The position numbers and the translations under genes are program-made. From NCBI GenBank assembly GCA_016937995.1, contig JAFGVM010000051.1, positions 1 to 44,315 on the forward strand: 44,315 nucleotides of DNA. Direction: 5' to 3'. This document shows, in pieces, positions 17,358-27,772 of the stretch. Numbering within the stretch: the stretch's first letter is position 1; every line of letters begins with the position of its first letter. This DNA is from Candidatus Delongbacteria bacterium. GTDB lineage: Bacteria; UBA4055. Under the pieces are notes generated by a model. That model worked only from the letters and a program-made list of their open reading frames with translations, had not been told where the DNA came from and searched no databases.

Positions 17358-19271
17358 TTATCCTTCTATCTCTAATTTTTTAATTTCTAATTTATTTCCC
17401 AGATCATTTTCAATAAATTCATCCATTCTTATCTGATGTTCATATAAGTAAACAATATACAGTTTATTTTCTACAAATACATACTCCCCTTCTCCGAATG
17501 GTCCGTATATTTTATCGTTTATGTTGAAGAACACACTTCCTTCCTTTAAATACTTAAAAACAACTATTTTACCATCAGGACTAAAAGAAGGTGCTACTGC
17601 AAAATCGAATGGACCGTAAGTTTTATCAGTTACCTGAACAAAATATTTTTCATTTTCATAATGGATCAAACCATACTTTTGATTATCCTGACTGAACATC
17701 GGGTAAAATACAGTATTGAATTTGCTCATTGAATAAAATTTTTTATCCCCGATCTGAAGATGCTCCAATCCCTTTTGCTCTTCTGTGAATTTAAATGAAA
17801 AATAATTATCATTTTTTAAGAATTTAGGATTTGTGATCGAATAATAAGGACCGAATGTTTTGCCGTCAAAGTAAACATTAGTTTCTCCATTGAACATGTA
17901 TATTAAAGCTTTTTGGTCAATTGAATTACTTTGATAACTTAAAATTTCCCAATATTCATCAATGATCTCACCATCTATAGAAGTGAATACTTCATCCTTT
18001 TTGAATATATTTGCCAGACTTTTCATGGCTTTAACAAAATTATACGAAAATCCTGTTCCGTTATCACTCACATGCAAATTGAAAGCATTATCGTATAGAC
18101 CAAATACTTTTGATGATATTCTAACGTAAAACTTCTTATTTTTGAAATAGATGAAACCAAAATAACCATGATCATTACTGATAGATATTTCTGTAATATT
18201 CTCATAAGGTCCGTAGATCGTACCATTTATATTTGCATATTCATAACTGTCCTTTTCAAAAATAAAGCAAAAGTTTTCTCCATTTGTACTGATCTTCGCA
18301 ATTTTTATCTCATCGAAGGGACCATATTTTTTATTATTTCTTATAACATAAATTTGATCATTCTTACGGTATGTAAAAAATAGTGTGTTCTCAGAAATAT
18401 CATGTACCAGAAAATCAACTTCATTATAAATTCCGACATCTTTTAAAATTACGAGATATTTTTCTGAACCGTCTTTCATATAGTCAATATACAGGAAATT
18501 TTTTGTCGGTGAAAAATGAGGTGAACCGGATGATTCGAAAGGTCCGAACAATTTTTCATTGAATTGAACATAACTGCCTACTTCAGTTGAGAATTTAAAA
18601 AAAGACATTTTAAATTGTGTGTTATATTCCAAACCTTCTGCCTTAGTATAAGGACCATAAACTTTTTTATTTATGTTCATATAAATATCGGTATCTTTTT
18701 TAAAACAGAATCCAAAAAAATCATGCTCATAATTTACAATTATGTTTTCTAATTTATCAAATTCACCATATACTGAAGAATTATATCTGAAATAATTTTT
18801 TGATCCGTCAGTATAACGAAATGAAAAATTATTGCCATCATCAGAAATCGAAATATTGGCTACTTTATCAAAACCACCGAACTTCTGTTTATTGATTTTG
18901 ATAAAGGTTTTAAAATAATCACGATATGCAAGATAGTAAGTTGAATTGCTGTTCAATTTAAATGAATGAACATTCCCAAATGCCCCATACTCTCTTCCAT
19001 TGATGTTCAAATACTCTTTGTTATCGTCTTTTATTATACCGATTATCTTTTTAAAGGACGCATATTTAAATGAGTATAATCTTCCGTTAGGTGTGAAGGA
19101 CACATTTTTGATCTCTGTGTAACCACCGAACATATCATTTTTTACCTGGGCAAAATATTGTCCGTTCTTTTTATAGACAAATACAAAATTATTTCCTTTA
19201 GGAGAAATATAGAAAATGGCTTCCTCAAAATTTTCTTCAGATGCATATTCACATATTCTGTTTATTACCAT
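17358..19271 (-). CDS. Tandem-repeat protein (about 15-16 repeats of ~37 aa ending (Y/F)G-P-(Y/F)); probable beta-propeller(s)
   Basis: Repeats such as DFAVAPSFSPDGKIVVFKYLKEGSVFFNINDKIYGPF with WD40/TolB-like FSPDG turns. No signal peptide. Confidence 0.8.
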   Translation of the reverse strand: MVINRICEYASEENFEEAIFYISPKGNNFVFVYKKNGQYFAQVKNDMFGGYTEIKNVSFTPNGRLYSFKYASFKKIIGIIKDDNKEYLNINGREYGAFGNVHSFKLNSNSTYYLAYRDYFKTFIKINKQKFGGFDKVANISISDDGNNFSFRYTDGSKNYFRYNSSVYGEFDKLENIIVNYEHDFFGFCFKKDTDIYMNINKKVYGPYTKAEGLEYNTQFKMSFFKFSTEVGSYVQFNEKLFGPFESSGSPHFSPTKNFLYIDYMKDGSEKYLVILKDVGIYNEVDFLVHDISENTLFFTYRKNDQIYVIRNNKKYGPFDEIKIAKISTNGENFCFIFEKDSYEYANINGTIYGPYENITEISISNDHGYFGFIYFKNKKFYVRISSKVFGLYDNAFNLHVSDNGTGFSYNFVKAMKSLANIFKKDEVFTSIDGEIIDEYWEILSYQSNSIDQKALIYMFNGETNVYFDGKTFGPYYSITNPKFLKNDNYFSFKFTEEQKGLEHLQIGDKKFYSMSKFNTVFYPMFSQDNQKYGLIHYENEKYFVQVTDKTYGPFDFAVAPSFSPDGKIVVFKYLKEGSVFFNINDKIYGPFGEGEYVFVENKLYIVYLYEHQIRMDEFIENDLGNKLEIKKLEIEG

Positions 19272-19311
19272 AATTTCATACTACCCATTTTTATGCTGTA
19301 GACCCTTAATA

Positions 19312-20469
19312 TTAGACAGGTATTTTTATTGTGAAAATGCTGCCCTTTCCAAATTGACTTTCTACCGAGATCTCTCCGTTATGAGCTTCAACTATTTTCT
19401 TAATTATCGGTAAACTGACACCTGATTTTTTTTCATTATCTGAATTGTATTCAAATAAAGAGAGCATTTCTGCTTCAGTCATTCCAATTCCATTATCTTT
19501 TATCTTAAATATTATCTTTGAATCCCGGTAATTTAAATGGAATTCAACATCAGAATTTTCTGATGAATATTTTATCGCATTTTCCAATAAACTGAAAATT
19601 ACGATCCTGAATTTAGTTTTATCTATATCTATCTCAATAGGAAGGATATTATCATTAAAGAACAATAAATTCACTCCTTTTTGCACATACCAGTCCTTTA
19701 CATCATTAAAGCAGTCATTCACATATCCCAGTAAATTGACCTTGGAATACTTCAACTTTAATTCACCGGAAGTAATATCTGTAACATTCATCAGTTTAGT
19801 GAATATTCCAAGCATACTTTCTGATATTTCTATTATTTTTTCCACAATTTCAATTTTGTCAGTATCTCTTTCCTGATCCATTCTATTTATTAAAACATTG
19901 GAATTGTTTAATATCATTTGAGCTGAATTTTTGAAATCGTCCATTGCGATCTCAATAAATTGACTTTTTGTATTGTTCAATTCCTCCAGTTCCGATTTTT
20001 GTTCTTTCACTGTTAGGTATAACTTTTTTAACTCTTCATTATTTTCCTCAATCTTGTCTGACTTTTCTTTGATCACTGTATGAAGATTTTTCAGTTTAAG
20101 AACATTTTCTATTCTTAGAACGAACTCGTCAGGAATTACTGGCTTATTAACAAATTCGATTATACCTGATCTTAATGCATCTTTCCTCATTTCTTCATCT
20201 ACATATCCTGTGAGCATAATAGTAGGAATATCTTTAGTGTCTTCCCTTTCTCTCAATTTTTGCAACAATTCAATACCGCTCATACCGGGCATTTTACCGT
20301 CACTTACGATCAGATCAAATTTGTGATCATTTACTAACTCTAAAGCCTCAGCCCCGCTATTTGCAAAGAGCAACTCCCAGTCATTTCTATGCGTATGGAA
20401 TATCCTTTTTATTCCATTTAGAACAGGCTGTTCATCATCAACGAAAAGAATTTTTACACTATTTTCCAT
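19312..20469 (-). CDS. REC-degenerate histidine kinase (probable pseudokinase)
   Basis: Intact receiver (FVDDE, VSDGKMP, LTG, NKP). The H-box position reads IAMDDFKNS with no His. G2 reads KSGVSL and the ATP lid is short. Confidence 0.82.
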   Translation of the reverse strand: MENSVKILFVDDEQPVLNGIKRIFHTHRNDWELLFANSGAEALELVNDHKFDLIVSDGKMPGMSGIELLQKLREREDTKDIPTIMLTGYVDEEMRKDALRSGIIEFVNKPVIPDEFVLRIENVLKLKNLHTVIKEKSDKIEENNEELKKLYLTVKEQKSELEELNNTKSQFIEIAMDDFKNSAQMILNNSNVLINRMDQERDTDKIEIVEKIIEISESMLGIFTKLMNVTDITSGELKLKYSKVNLLGYVNDCFNDVKDWYVQKGVNLLFFNDNILPIEIDIDKTKFRIVIFSLLENAIKYSSENSDVEFHLNYRDSKIIFKIKDNGIGMTEAEMLSLFEYNSDNEKKSGVSLPIIKKIVEAHNGEISVESQFGKGSIFTIKIPV

Positions 20470-20490
20470 TACAACACCTCAATTTTATAT

Positions 20491-22065
20491 TTACTGATCT
20501 TCAATCGGAACCTTAATAATAAATGTAGTTCCACTCCCTTTTTTTACATCAATATCAATTTTACCGTTATGCTTATTTACAATTATATCATAGCTGATAG
20601 CCAATCCCTGGCCTGTACCTTTACCAACTTCTTTTGTTGTAAAGAATGGTTGGAATATTTTTTCCCTAAGTTCATCAGGTATACCTGTACCTGTATCGGA
20701 TATCTGTATATAAACAAATTTACCATCATGCCTTGTTGAAATTTTTATTATACCTTTTTCACCTTTTTCAGCTATAGCATCTGAGGCATTTGTTATCATA
20801 TTCAAAAAGACTTGGTTTATATCACCAATATGACATTTTACTTCCGGTAATTTTTCACAGAGGTCAGTCTCTATATCCGCGGTGAATTTCCAGACATTTT
20901 TTGTGATGGTTATCGTTGAATTTATCGCTTTATTCAGGTCAGCATATTGTTTATCAGCTTTCCCGGGGTGAGAAAAATTCTTCATCGCAGCTACAATTTC
21001 CCTGACTATTTTCAAACCGTTCAAACTTTCTTCTATGGATTGAGGTATTTCTTGTTTTAAAAAATTGAGATCTAATTCCTTAAAATACACCATTAGTTCG
21101 TTTATCTTATATGAATCACAAGACCCTGTTTCACTGAACTCAACCATTTTATCAAGTATAGGTATAAATTTTAAAAATGAATCTTTGATGAATAAGGTAT
21201 TATCGGATAAATATTGAAGAGGTGTATTTATCTCATGGGCAATACCAGCTGCCAATGTACCTACACCTTCCATTTTCTGGGCATGTCTAAGCTGATTTTC
21301 CATCTGTATCCTTTCGGAAATATCTCTTTTTACAGCAACATAATTCGCTATCTTTCCCTGTTCGTCCAATACCGGTGAAATTGCTGCTTCCTCCTCGTAA
21401 AATGTACCGTCTTTCTTCCTGTTTATAAAATTTCCTTTCCAGGTCTTCCCGCTCTTGATCGTTTCCCATAACTCTTTATACATTTTTTTACTCTGTCTTC
21501 CGCTATTCAGTATCGAAGGAGTTTTCCCGATCAGTTCTTTTTTATTGTATCCGGTAATTTTTTCGAAAGATGGATTAACAAATTCTATAACTCCTGCACT
21601 ATCAGTTATAACTATAGCGTCTGGAGAATAATCCATGGCTATACTTAATTTTTTCCTTTCTTCCTCGGCTTTTTTTCTTTCCAGCTGCATTTTCCATAAT
21701 TTATTTACATTATCAGCTGTGTCAGGCAGTTTCATAAATGCCTGATTTGATTTTAGCACATAATCTGCTGCTCCGGATTTCATAAGATCTACAACTATTT
21801 CCTCTCCTCCAAAGCTTGTCATTATTATTACAGGAATATTATTTCTGATATTTTCATTTTGCAAAAGTGCTTTTCCGTTACCATCAGGAAGATTCAGATC
21901 GGATATTATCAGATCTGTATTTGTGATATGGCTTAAAGCATCCTTAAGATTGTCAACTATGCTTAATTGAAATTTATTACCGAATTTAATGAACGAACTT
22001 TCAATAAGTAGAACGTGATCAGGGTCGTCTTCGACCAATAATATTCTTATGGGTTTTATAGCCAT
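20491..22065 (-). CDS. REC-PAS histidine kinase (NtrB-like)
   Basis: Receiver, NifL-like [27 protein letters not shown] and [16 protein letters not shown]. Confidence 0.95.
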   Translation of the reverse strand: MAIKPIRILLVEDDPDHVLLIESSFIKFGNKFQLSIVDNLKDALSHITNTDLIISDLNLPDGNGKALLQNENIRNNIPVIIMTSFGGEEIVVDLMKSGAADYVLKSNQAFMKLPDTADNVNKLWKMQLERKKAEEERKKLSIAMDYSPDAIVITDSAGVIEFVNPSFEKITGYNKKELIGKTPSILNSGRQSKKMYKELWETIKSGKTWKGNFINRKKDGTFYEEEAAISPVLDEQGKIANYVAVKRDISERIQMENQLRHAQKMEGVGTLAAGIAHEINTPLQYLSDNTLFIKDSFLKFIPILDKMVEFSETGSCDSYKINELMVYFKELDLNFLKQEIPQSIEESLNGLKIVREIVAAMKNFSHPGKADKQYADLNKAINSTITITKNVWKFTADIETDLCEKLPEVKCHIGDINQVFLNMITNASDAIAEKGEKGIIKISTRHDGKFVYIQISDTGTGIPDELREKIFQPFFTTKEVGKGTGQGLAISYDIIVNKHNGKIDIDVKKGSGTTFIIKVPIEDQ

Positions 22066-22080
22066 GCTGAAACCTTCATA

Positions 22081-24000
22081 TTAATTAATTCTGCTTAATA
22101 ACTTTTTGATGTCAAATGGTTTATCCAGAATATCCTCTGTGTAACATGGATTATCCTTGTACTTGGATAGATTGTCAGAACCGTATCCGGACATAAGGAC
22201 AATTTTGATACCGTCTACTCTACCAGTGATATATTCTTTCAGATCAAAACCATTACCGTCTTCAAGTATAACATCTATCAAACCTATATCTATTTTTCCT
22301 TTATAATTGTCCACTGTGTATTGTGCAACTTTACAACTAGGAGAGTAGAGTACTTCATAACCTGCTTTGAGCAGCATTTCTCCTATTGTCAATCTCAGAT
22401 CATCGTTATTTTCCACTAACAGGATCGTTTTATTGGTTATGTTAACGTGTTCTGTATAATCATCTTTAAAATTATTCTCAATATATCCGACATGTTCAGG
22501 GAAATAGATTTTAAAAGCTGATCCCTTGTCTATCTCAGATTCAACTTCTATAACTCCATTATTTTGTTCCAGTATATTAAAAACAGTTGATAATCCCAAA
22601 CCGGTTCCTTTACTTTCAGATTTAGTTGTAAAAAATGGGTCAAATATTTTTTCAATTGTTGACTTATCCATTCCTGTTCCTGAATCAACAATGCTGAGAC
22701 AGATCAGTTGCTGGTTGTTTTTTAAATTTTTAAGATCTCCGTATATTTTGTGTTTTTCTCTTGAAATTTCTAGCTTTAACATTCCTCCATTCGGCATAGC
22801 ATCTCTTGCGTTAACGACCATGTTAATAACTACCTGCTCAAAATGAATTGGATCACATAGTACCAATGCTTTATCGTTCGTAAAAACAAGTTCCAGTTGA
22901 ATTCTTTCATCCAGTACTGCTTTTATCATGTTCTTCATTTTATTTATATTTTCGTTGAGGTCCGTTACTACAGGTTCAAACTTATGCTTACGACTTAATG
23001 TAAGCAGAGATCTTGTCAGTTTAGATGCACTTTGAGTTGTATCTATAATATTTTTTAATCTTTCTTTTGTCTTTTCTGATAGTTGTCCATCCAGTAGTGA
23101 TAACTGGGCGGATACTAAAATGATCTGAAGATAATTGTTATAATCATGGGCAACACTTCCGGACAACTTACCTATAGCATCCATTTTTTGTGCCTGAAAA
23201 AACATTTCCTCAAGTTTTTTATACGTTGATATATCTCTTATCGTACCCACATATTTATAATTTTGTGAATTATCTATCTGTTTCCTTGAAATATTCAGTG
23301 AGCACTTTATGTCTGCATCATCATTATTTATTAGATCAATCTCATAATTGATTAGATCCTCTCCTGAAGCCAATCTGGAAATAATATTATCGTAATCTGA
23401 TCTTTGCTTAAATAGAAAACTGAAAAGAGAACCTTTGAGTTCATATCTGCCGTATCCTAAAATATTCTTCACTGAAGGGGTTATGTCTAACAGTTGTCCA
23501 TTACTGGTGATCTCAAAGTATATATCCTGTATGTTCTCGAACATCATTCTATATTCTTTTTCGCTTGAAACTAAAGCTTCCTTAAGGATTTTTGATTCCA
23601 GCAATTGAGAATATCTGGCATGAATTTTAATTATCTGGTCATAAAGAGTTTTATAATCCTTGAATTTCGGGAAAAAATCCATTGCACCCAGTTTCATGGC
23701 TTCAACAGCTGTTTCAACTAAAGTATCTGCAGTAAGGAATAGGAGGGCAAAATTTTCCATTTTAGTATCAAGTTTTTGCATGATCTCAAAACCGTCCATA
23801 CCCGGCAGTTTATAGTCTAAAAGCACAACATCAACATTATTACCATCGGTATTTAAGTATTCAAAAGCTTCAATACCGTTCGTAATTATTTTTAATTCGA
23901 TATTGTAAACATTTAAAGCTTTTGATATCAGATAAATATCATCTTCACTGTCTTCTGCTAAAAGGATCTTTAGGGTTGGAATGTCTGTTTTATAGTTCAT
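22081..24000 (-). CDS. Hybrid REC-PAS-HK-REC kinase (CckA-like)
   Basis: AHDYNNYL, NARDAM and PFFTTK..KGTGLGL, with receivers at both ends. Confidence 0.95.
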   Translation of the reverse strand: MNYKTDIPTLKILLAEDSEDDIYLISKALNVYNIELKIITNGIEAFEYLNTDGNNVDVVLLDYKLPGMDGFEIMQKLDTKMENFALLFLTADTLVETAVEAMKLGAMDFFPKFKDYKTLYDQIIKIHARYSQLLESKILKEALVSSEKEYRMMFENIQDIYFEITSNGQLLDITPSVKNILGYGRYELKGSLFSFLFKQRSDYDNIISRLASGEDLINYEIDLINNDDADIKCSLNISRKQIDNSQNYKYVGTIRDISTYKKLEEMFFQAQKMDAIGKLSGSVAHDYNNYLQIILVSAQLSLLDGQLSEKTKERLKNIIDTTQSASKLTRSLLTLSRKHKFEPVVTDLNENINKMKNMIKAVLDERIQLELVFTNDKALVLCDPIHFEQVVINMVVNARDAMPNGGMLKLEISREKHKIYGDLKNLKNNQQLICLSIVDSGTGMDKSTIEKIFDPFFTTKSESKGTGLGLSTVFNILEQNNGVIEVESEIDKGSAFKIYFPEHVGYIENNFKDDYTEHVNITNKTILLVENNDDLRLTIGEMLLKAGYEVLYSPSCKVAQYTVDNYKGKIDIGLIDVILEDGNGFDLKEYITGRVDGIKIVLMSGYGSDNLSKYKDNPCYTEDILDKPFDIKKLLSRIN

Positions 24001-24177
24001 TTATTTCCTGTTTCGTTATTCATATTTCAAAAACAATCTTTTAATTTTTCTCAACTAAATTTTCAGCGGTACTGAATATTCCTAAAATATAGCGATCGTA
24101 ATTATGCTTACCCTTGTTTAGAATATAATAAATCGGGGTACTTAGTGCAATATTTATAATTTTGCTTTTACTCAGGC

Positions 24178-24393
24178 TCAATTGAACAATGGGTTGTTAG
24201 ATCTACAGAAACCTTTCTTAAACTTATACTTTTTTAACAAAATAGTCATGGAATGATCTTCATTTTCCATTTTAACTGCGTGGATCTTCTTAACATTTTG
24301 TGGTGTATCCTTTACAAAATATGCAGCAACTAGATTTATGCTTGTTATCTGCAAAATTATGACCAGTACGATCTGAATAATTTGTTTTCCCAT
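24178..24393 (-). CDS. Small hypothetical exported/membrane protein (71 aa)
   Basis: AAGGAAG RBS 4 nt before ATG. Hydrophobic N-terminus ending VAA resembles a signal peptide. Lies downstream of the second pilin. Confidence 0.5.
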   Translation of the reverse strand: MGKQIIQIVLVIILQITSINLVAAYFVKDTPQNVKKIHAVKMENEDHSMTILLKKYKFKKGFCRSNNPLFN

Positions 24394-24504
24394 TTTACTT
24401 CCTTTCTTTTTGGTTCTATTGAATTATTTAACTTTGTAGTAAGACCAGTGTAATCAACCTTACTCCTTTTTCTGCTGTTCATTATTACTTTTTTCCAGTT
24501 CTCT

Positions 24505-25002
24505 CTAATCATTTGAGTATAATGTTAAGTTTATTGTATCCTTATACGAACCTGCCAACTTTTCTTTTGTAGGAAAATTTGATTTTTGACCAAGACTGAT
24601 ATTGAGAACGAAATTTTCAGATCCTAATTTCCCCAAACCATCAGTAGACATTATTCTTACAGGGTTCTCCAAATTTGATTTTTCTTTACCTACGTTTATC
24701 GAATAAGACAGATCATTGTTGCCGTTACTAAGTTTTCCCTTATTTGATGATTCTGCTGTTAATTCCCAACCTGTTAATGTGCTGTTGGAAATATTTATAC
24801 CTTCAATTATTTTTATGTCATCGTAATTCATACGTTCGTTTGATCCAAGATCTATCGATCTGTTATTGTAATTACCTACAGTAATCTCGTTTGCAGGAAT
24901 TATTCTCACTGCTATTTCACCCTTACTTGTAGTTTCGGCATTCATTTGCAACATAACGACCAAGAGTGCTATTGATATGATATGTTTTAATATGCTTTTC
25001 AT
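24505..25002 (-). CDS. Secondary pilin-like subunit of chaperone-usher system
   Basis: Signal peptide (MKSILK...QMNA), SNSTLTGWELTAESSNKGKL and C-terminal AGSYKDTINLTL strand typical of Csu/SCPU/CS1-like pilins. ATG at 25002 follows a GAGGTG RBS. Confidence 0.75.
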   Translation of the reverse strand: MKSILKHIISIALLVVMLQMNAETTSKGEIAVRIIPANEITVGNYNNRSIDLGSNERMNYDDIKIIEGINISNSTLTGWELTAESSNKGKLSNGNNDLSYSINVGKEKSNLENPVRIMSTDGLGKLGSENFVLNISLGQKSNFPTKEKLAGSYKDTINLTLYSND

Positions 25003-25034
25003 TTTTTGCACCTCTTCTCTATAACTTCTTATAA

Positions 25035-25050
25035 AGCATATTCTATGCCA
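25035..25050 (-). promoter_or_regulatory. Sigma54 -24/-12 promoter of second pilin
   Basis: Minus strand TGGCATAGAATATGCT (GG-N10-GC), about 35 nt upstream of the start and downstream of a terminator. Confidence 0.75.
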
Positions 25051-25175
25051 ATCTTTTTTTATCGATAAGCATGCCCGTAATTTTTCAATTCAATACTTTT
25101 TTTGTAACAATTCAACTATTTTAAGTATCCAATACTTGATCAATAAAATCATTAATTCATCATTCAGTTTTTTAG

Positions 25176-25214
25176 AAAAAAAAAGATGAACACGTTATTC
25201 CTGTTCATCCTTTT
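25176..25214 (-). terminator. Intrinsic terminator after usher gene
   Basis: GATGAACA/TGTTCATC stem followed on the minus strand by a T9 run. Confidence 0.75.
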
Positions 25215-25242
25215 AATTTACCCTATATGAATTTAAAAGCTG

Positions 25243-27771
25243 CTATTTCTTCAGATAATTATATTTAAATTTTTTATTTTCATTTACTTCTAAAGAACCA
25301 AGCTGGCTGTAGCCATGCTTATTTTCTTTTAAAATTTTGATCTTGATGGATTGATATTTATCTGAATCAAATTCTATTGTATAACTGCCCGGATTCAATC
25401 CATTGATGAAAAAATAACCACCCTTATTTGTAAATATATCTTTTTCTTCTTCTTGCGATTTACCGAACGGCACAACTCTTGCGGTAACATTTTCCAAAGG
25501 CCGGTTGTCCTTATCTACCAGACGTCCACGTGCAAACACATAAGGTTTAGCCTCAATATCTATCAGAAAACCACTTTTATATGTAGGTAACAATATTTGT
25601 TCACCTGCATTCGCTTCATATCCAACCGGGATATCCGGTAGCTCAATATCAAATTGGTGAACTTTGTATGGTGTTAAACTAGAATATACAGCCGGTCCGA
25701 ACAGATCGGATGAGTATTGATACAATCCCTTACCATATCTTTGAATTCCAACTCTATGCCCTTCGAGCACACTGTTGGTCCTTACTATCGCAAAACTGTT
25801 CCTCACAGGTTTGCACCAGCCAAATTTACCATTAACAAAAACTAAAGCAGTATTGGCAGACATATTAATTTCGTTATCAATTGATCCTTCAAATGTATTT
25901 TCAAATCTATAGTTCAATGAAATATCACCCCTATTCCCTGAATATGAGGCCTTTTCACTTACTGTAATTTTATTAATTTCTGAATAGTTCGATGTAATAT
26001 CATTCCTGAATTTATTATTTGTTGAATTATAATACCAACTTAAGCTGGACCTGTTATCTGTACTGTTGTAAGTTGAATTCAACACATTGCCCGTTTTGGG
26101 TTTGAAGATAAAATTCAGACTGGCACGCCAATCATTTTTTTCTCCAATTGCTTTGAAATTACTTACTGAGCATGAGATCTTAAAGCTTGATGAAAATATT
26201 TTTGACATTGATAATGAATAAGAATAGAAGTCAGAATTACTAAGTTCATTAAAGCCGTAAGATGTACTCAATGCTGAATTAATTGATCTTGTAATATCCT
26301 GACTCACAAATCCCGTCAATATATAGTTAATATTGTTATCTGGGATCAGAACATTTAAATTTGAGAATTGATTCCCTTTGTATTCAAAAGAAGCTTTCCA
26401 TTTTCTTCTGTAAGGATTTTTATTTAAACTGTTATTGTAATAATCATAGGATAATTTACACGCATAATCTATGCTTACGGAATCAGTTTTACTTATTGCC
26501 ACATCAGTATTAAAATTACCAAGACCTGTACTAAAATTACTTCCCACACCAAAAAGCATTTGATCCAATTTTACCTGAGCATAACTTCCAAGCGTTATCT
26601 TATTGTTAAAACCTCTTCTGAAGAACATTGACAATACCGGATCCTTCTGATCGTATTCATACATATTATCACCATAATAGCTAGCAAATCCTAAATTGAA
26701 TGAATATTGATTAAGTCCTTCTTGTAATTGCTGACCATTACAGAACGAATCAATATTTATTTCCTGAATTTCACCCAGATCATTCTCTATTTTTAATCTC
26801 ACCTCGTTTATTCCATGCTGATATGAAATTTGCCTAAGATTAAAAGGTCCGGGATCGACCTTGATTTTCTCTACTAATATATCATTAGAGTATATTTCAA
26901 TATTGGAAGTCCTGTAAATAATAATTTCATTCATAGAGATCGGTTTTGTTGATGAATAAGGTTGCAGATTAAATTCCTTTGTTATGGAAATACCACCAAT
27001 AGAAGGTGATGTCTGATAACCTGTAATCGGGATATTGAGATCTCCCAGATAATACCTTAACATTCTATCCGGCTGATCATAAACAATACAGGTTTTACCT
27101 ATTTTATAAGTATCTCCTTCTGAAAAATCACCTACACTTTCAAGAACTAATCCATTAATATTTAAAGCACCGTCTAAATGCAAACTGAAAGGATATCTTT
27201 CAAATTCTTCAGTTTCTATATTATTCTTAACGATCTGACTGCTTCTAATATTCAGGAATGAACTCACAATATCAGGTCTAACTGCAAATTCCACATTTTT
27301 TGGTGCACCGTCATTACCATATTTGGTAACATTTACCTTTCTAAGATCCGGAGGAATGATCAATTTGAATTCAAGATCATTTTCATCATAATTCGATACT
27401 ATTCTATTTTCCAGTAGGAACGATAAACTTACAGTACTCTCTTTTAATGTTTTACTGACAAGATTTTCCAGAGATTTTCTATCTAAATATTCCTTTAATT
27501 CATTTAACAGAACATTTTTTCTTACATGAATTTGACCACCGCTTTTTTTAAGGAATACTTCTATTTTACCTACTTTTTGGTCGTTTATATAGAATGGCAC
27601 TAATAATTTGAATGGTTTTTTTTCTTCATAGCCAAATACTTTTTTGAACAAAGTGTCATAGTCAGTATCGTTCAAATTTGGATCACTTGACGCAAAATAC
27701 TTCTTATTAGCAAATGTTACTTGCATAGTCACAAGTAAAATCAATATTATCGATCTGGCTATAGTTTTCAA
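25243..27771 (-). CDS. Fimbrial outer-membrane usher protein
   Basis: About 840 aa with a signal peptide. Usher-like motifs YLGD..P..GYQTSPSIGGISITKEF, VDPGPFNL, G.NEVRL, LTPYKVH and PTYKSG. C-terminal Ig-like domain. TTG at 27771 with an AAGGA RBS is the likelier start (ORF track gives 27795). Confidence 0.88.
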   Translation of the reverse strand: MKTIARSIILILLVTMQVTFANKKYFASSDPNLNDTDYDTLFKKVFGYEEKKPFKLLVPFYINDQKVGKIEVFLKKSGGQIHVRKNVLLNELKEYLDRKSLENLVSKTLKESTVSLSFLLENRIVSNYDENDLEFKLIIPPDLRKVNVTKYGNDGAPKNVEFAVRPDIVSSFLNIRSSQIVKNNIETEEFERYPFSLHLDGALNINGLVLESVGDFSEGDTYKIGKTCIVYDQPDRMLRYYLGDLNIPITGYQTSPSIGGISITKEFNLQPYSSTKPISMNEIIIYRTSNIEIYSNDILVEKIKVDPGPFNLRQISYQHGINEVRLKIENDLGEIQEINIDSFCNGQQLQEGLNQYSFNLGFASYYGDNMYEYDQKDPVLSMFFRRGFNNKITLGSYAQVKLDQMLFGVGSNFSTGLGNFNTDVAISKTDSVSIDYACKLSYDYYNNSLNKNPYRRKWKASFEYKGNQFSNLNVLIPDNNINYILTGFVSQDITRSINSALSTSYGFNELSNSDFYSYSLSMSKIFSSSFKISCSVSNFKAIGEKNDWRASLNFIFKPKTGNVLNSTYNSTDNRSSLSWYYNSTNNKFRNDITSNYSEINKITVSEKASYSGNRGDISLNYRFENTFEGSIDNEINMSANTALVFVNGKFGWCKPVRNSFAIVRTNSVLEGHRVGIQRYGKGLYQYSSDLFGPAVYSSLTPYKVHQFDIELPDIPVGYEANAGEQILLPTYKSGFLIDIEAKPYVFARGRLVDKDNRPLENVTARVVPFGKSQEEEKDIFTNKGGYFFINGLNPGSYTIEFDSDKYQSIKIKILKENKHGYSQLGSLEVNENKKFKYNYLKK

Positions 27772-27772
27772 T

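Noticed and set aside
230-22846. Numerous 60-107 aa ORFs antisense to or nested within the kinase genes (e.g. 230..493, 6497..6820, 22526..22846)
   Set aside because: Shadow ORFs of well-supported genes, with no motifs of their own.
24145-24162. ATAAATATTGCA upstream of the hybrid kinase, matching the -12 half of the 32985 promoter
   Set aside because: The invariant GG at -24 is absent.
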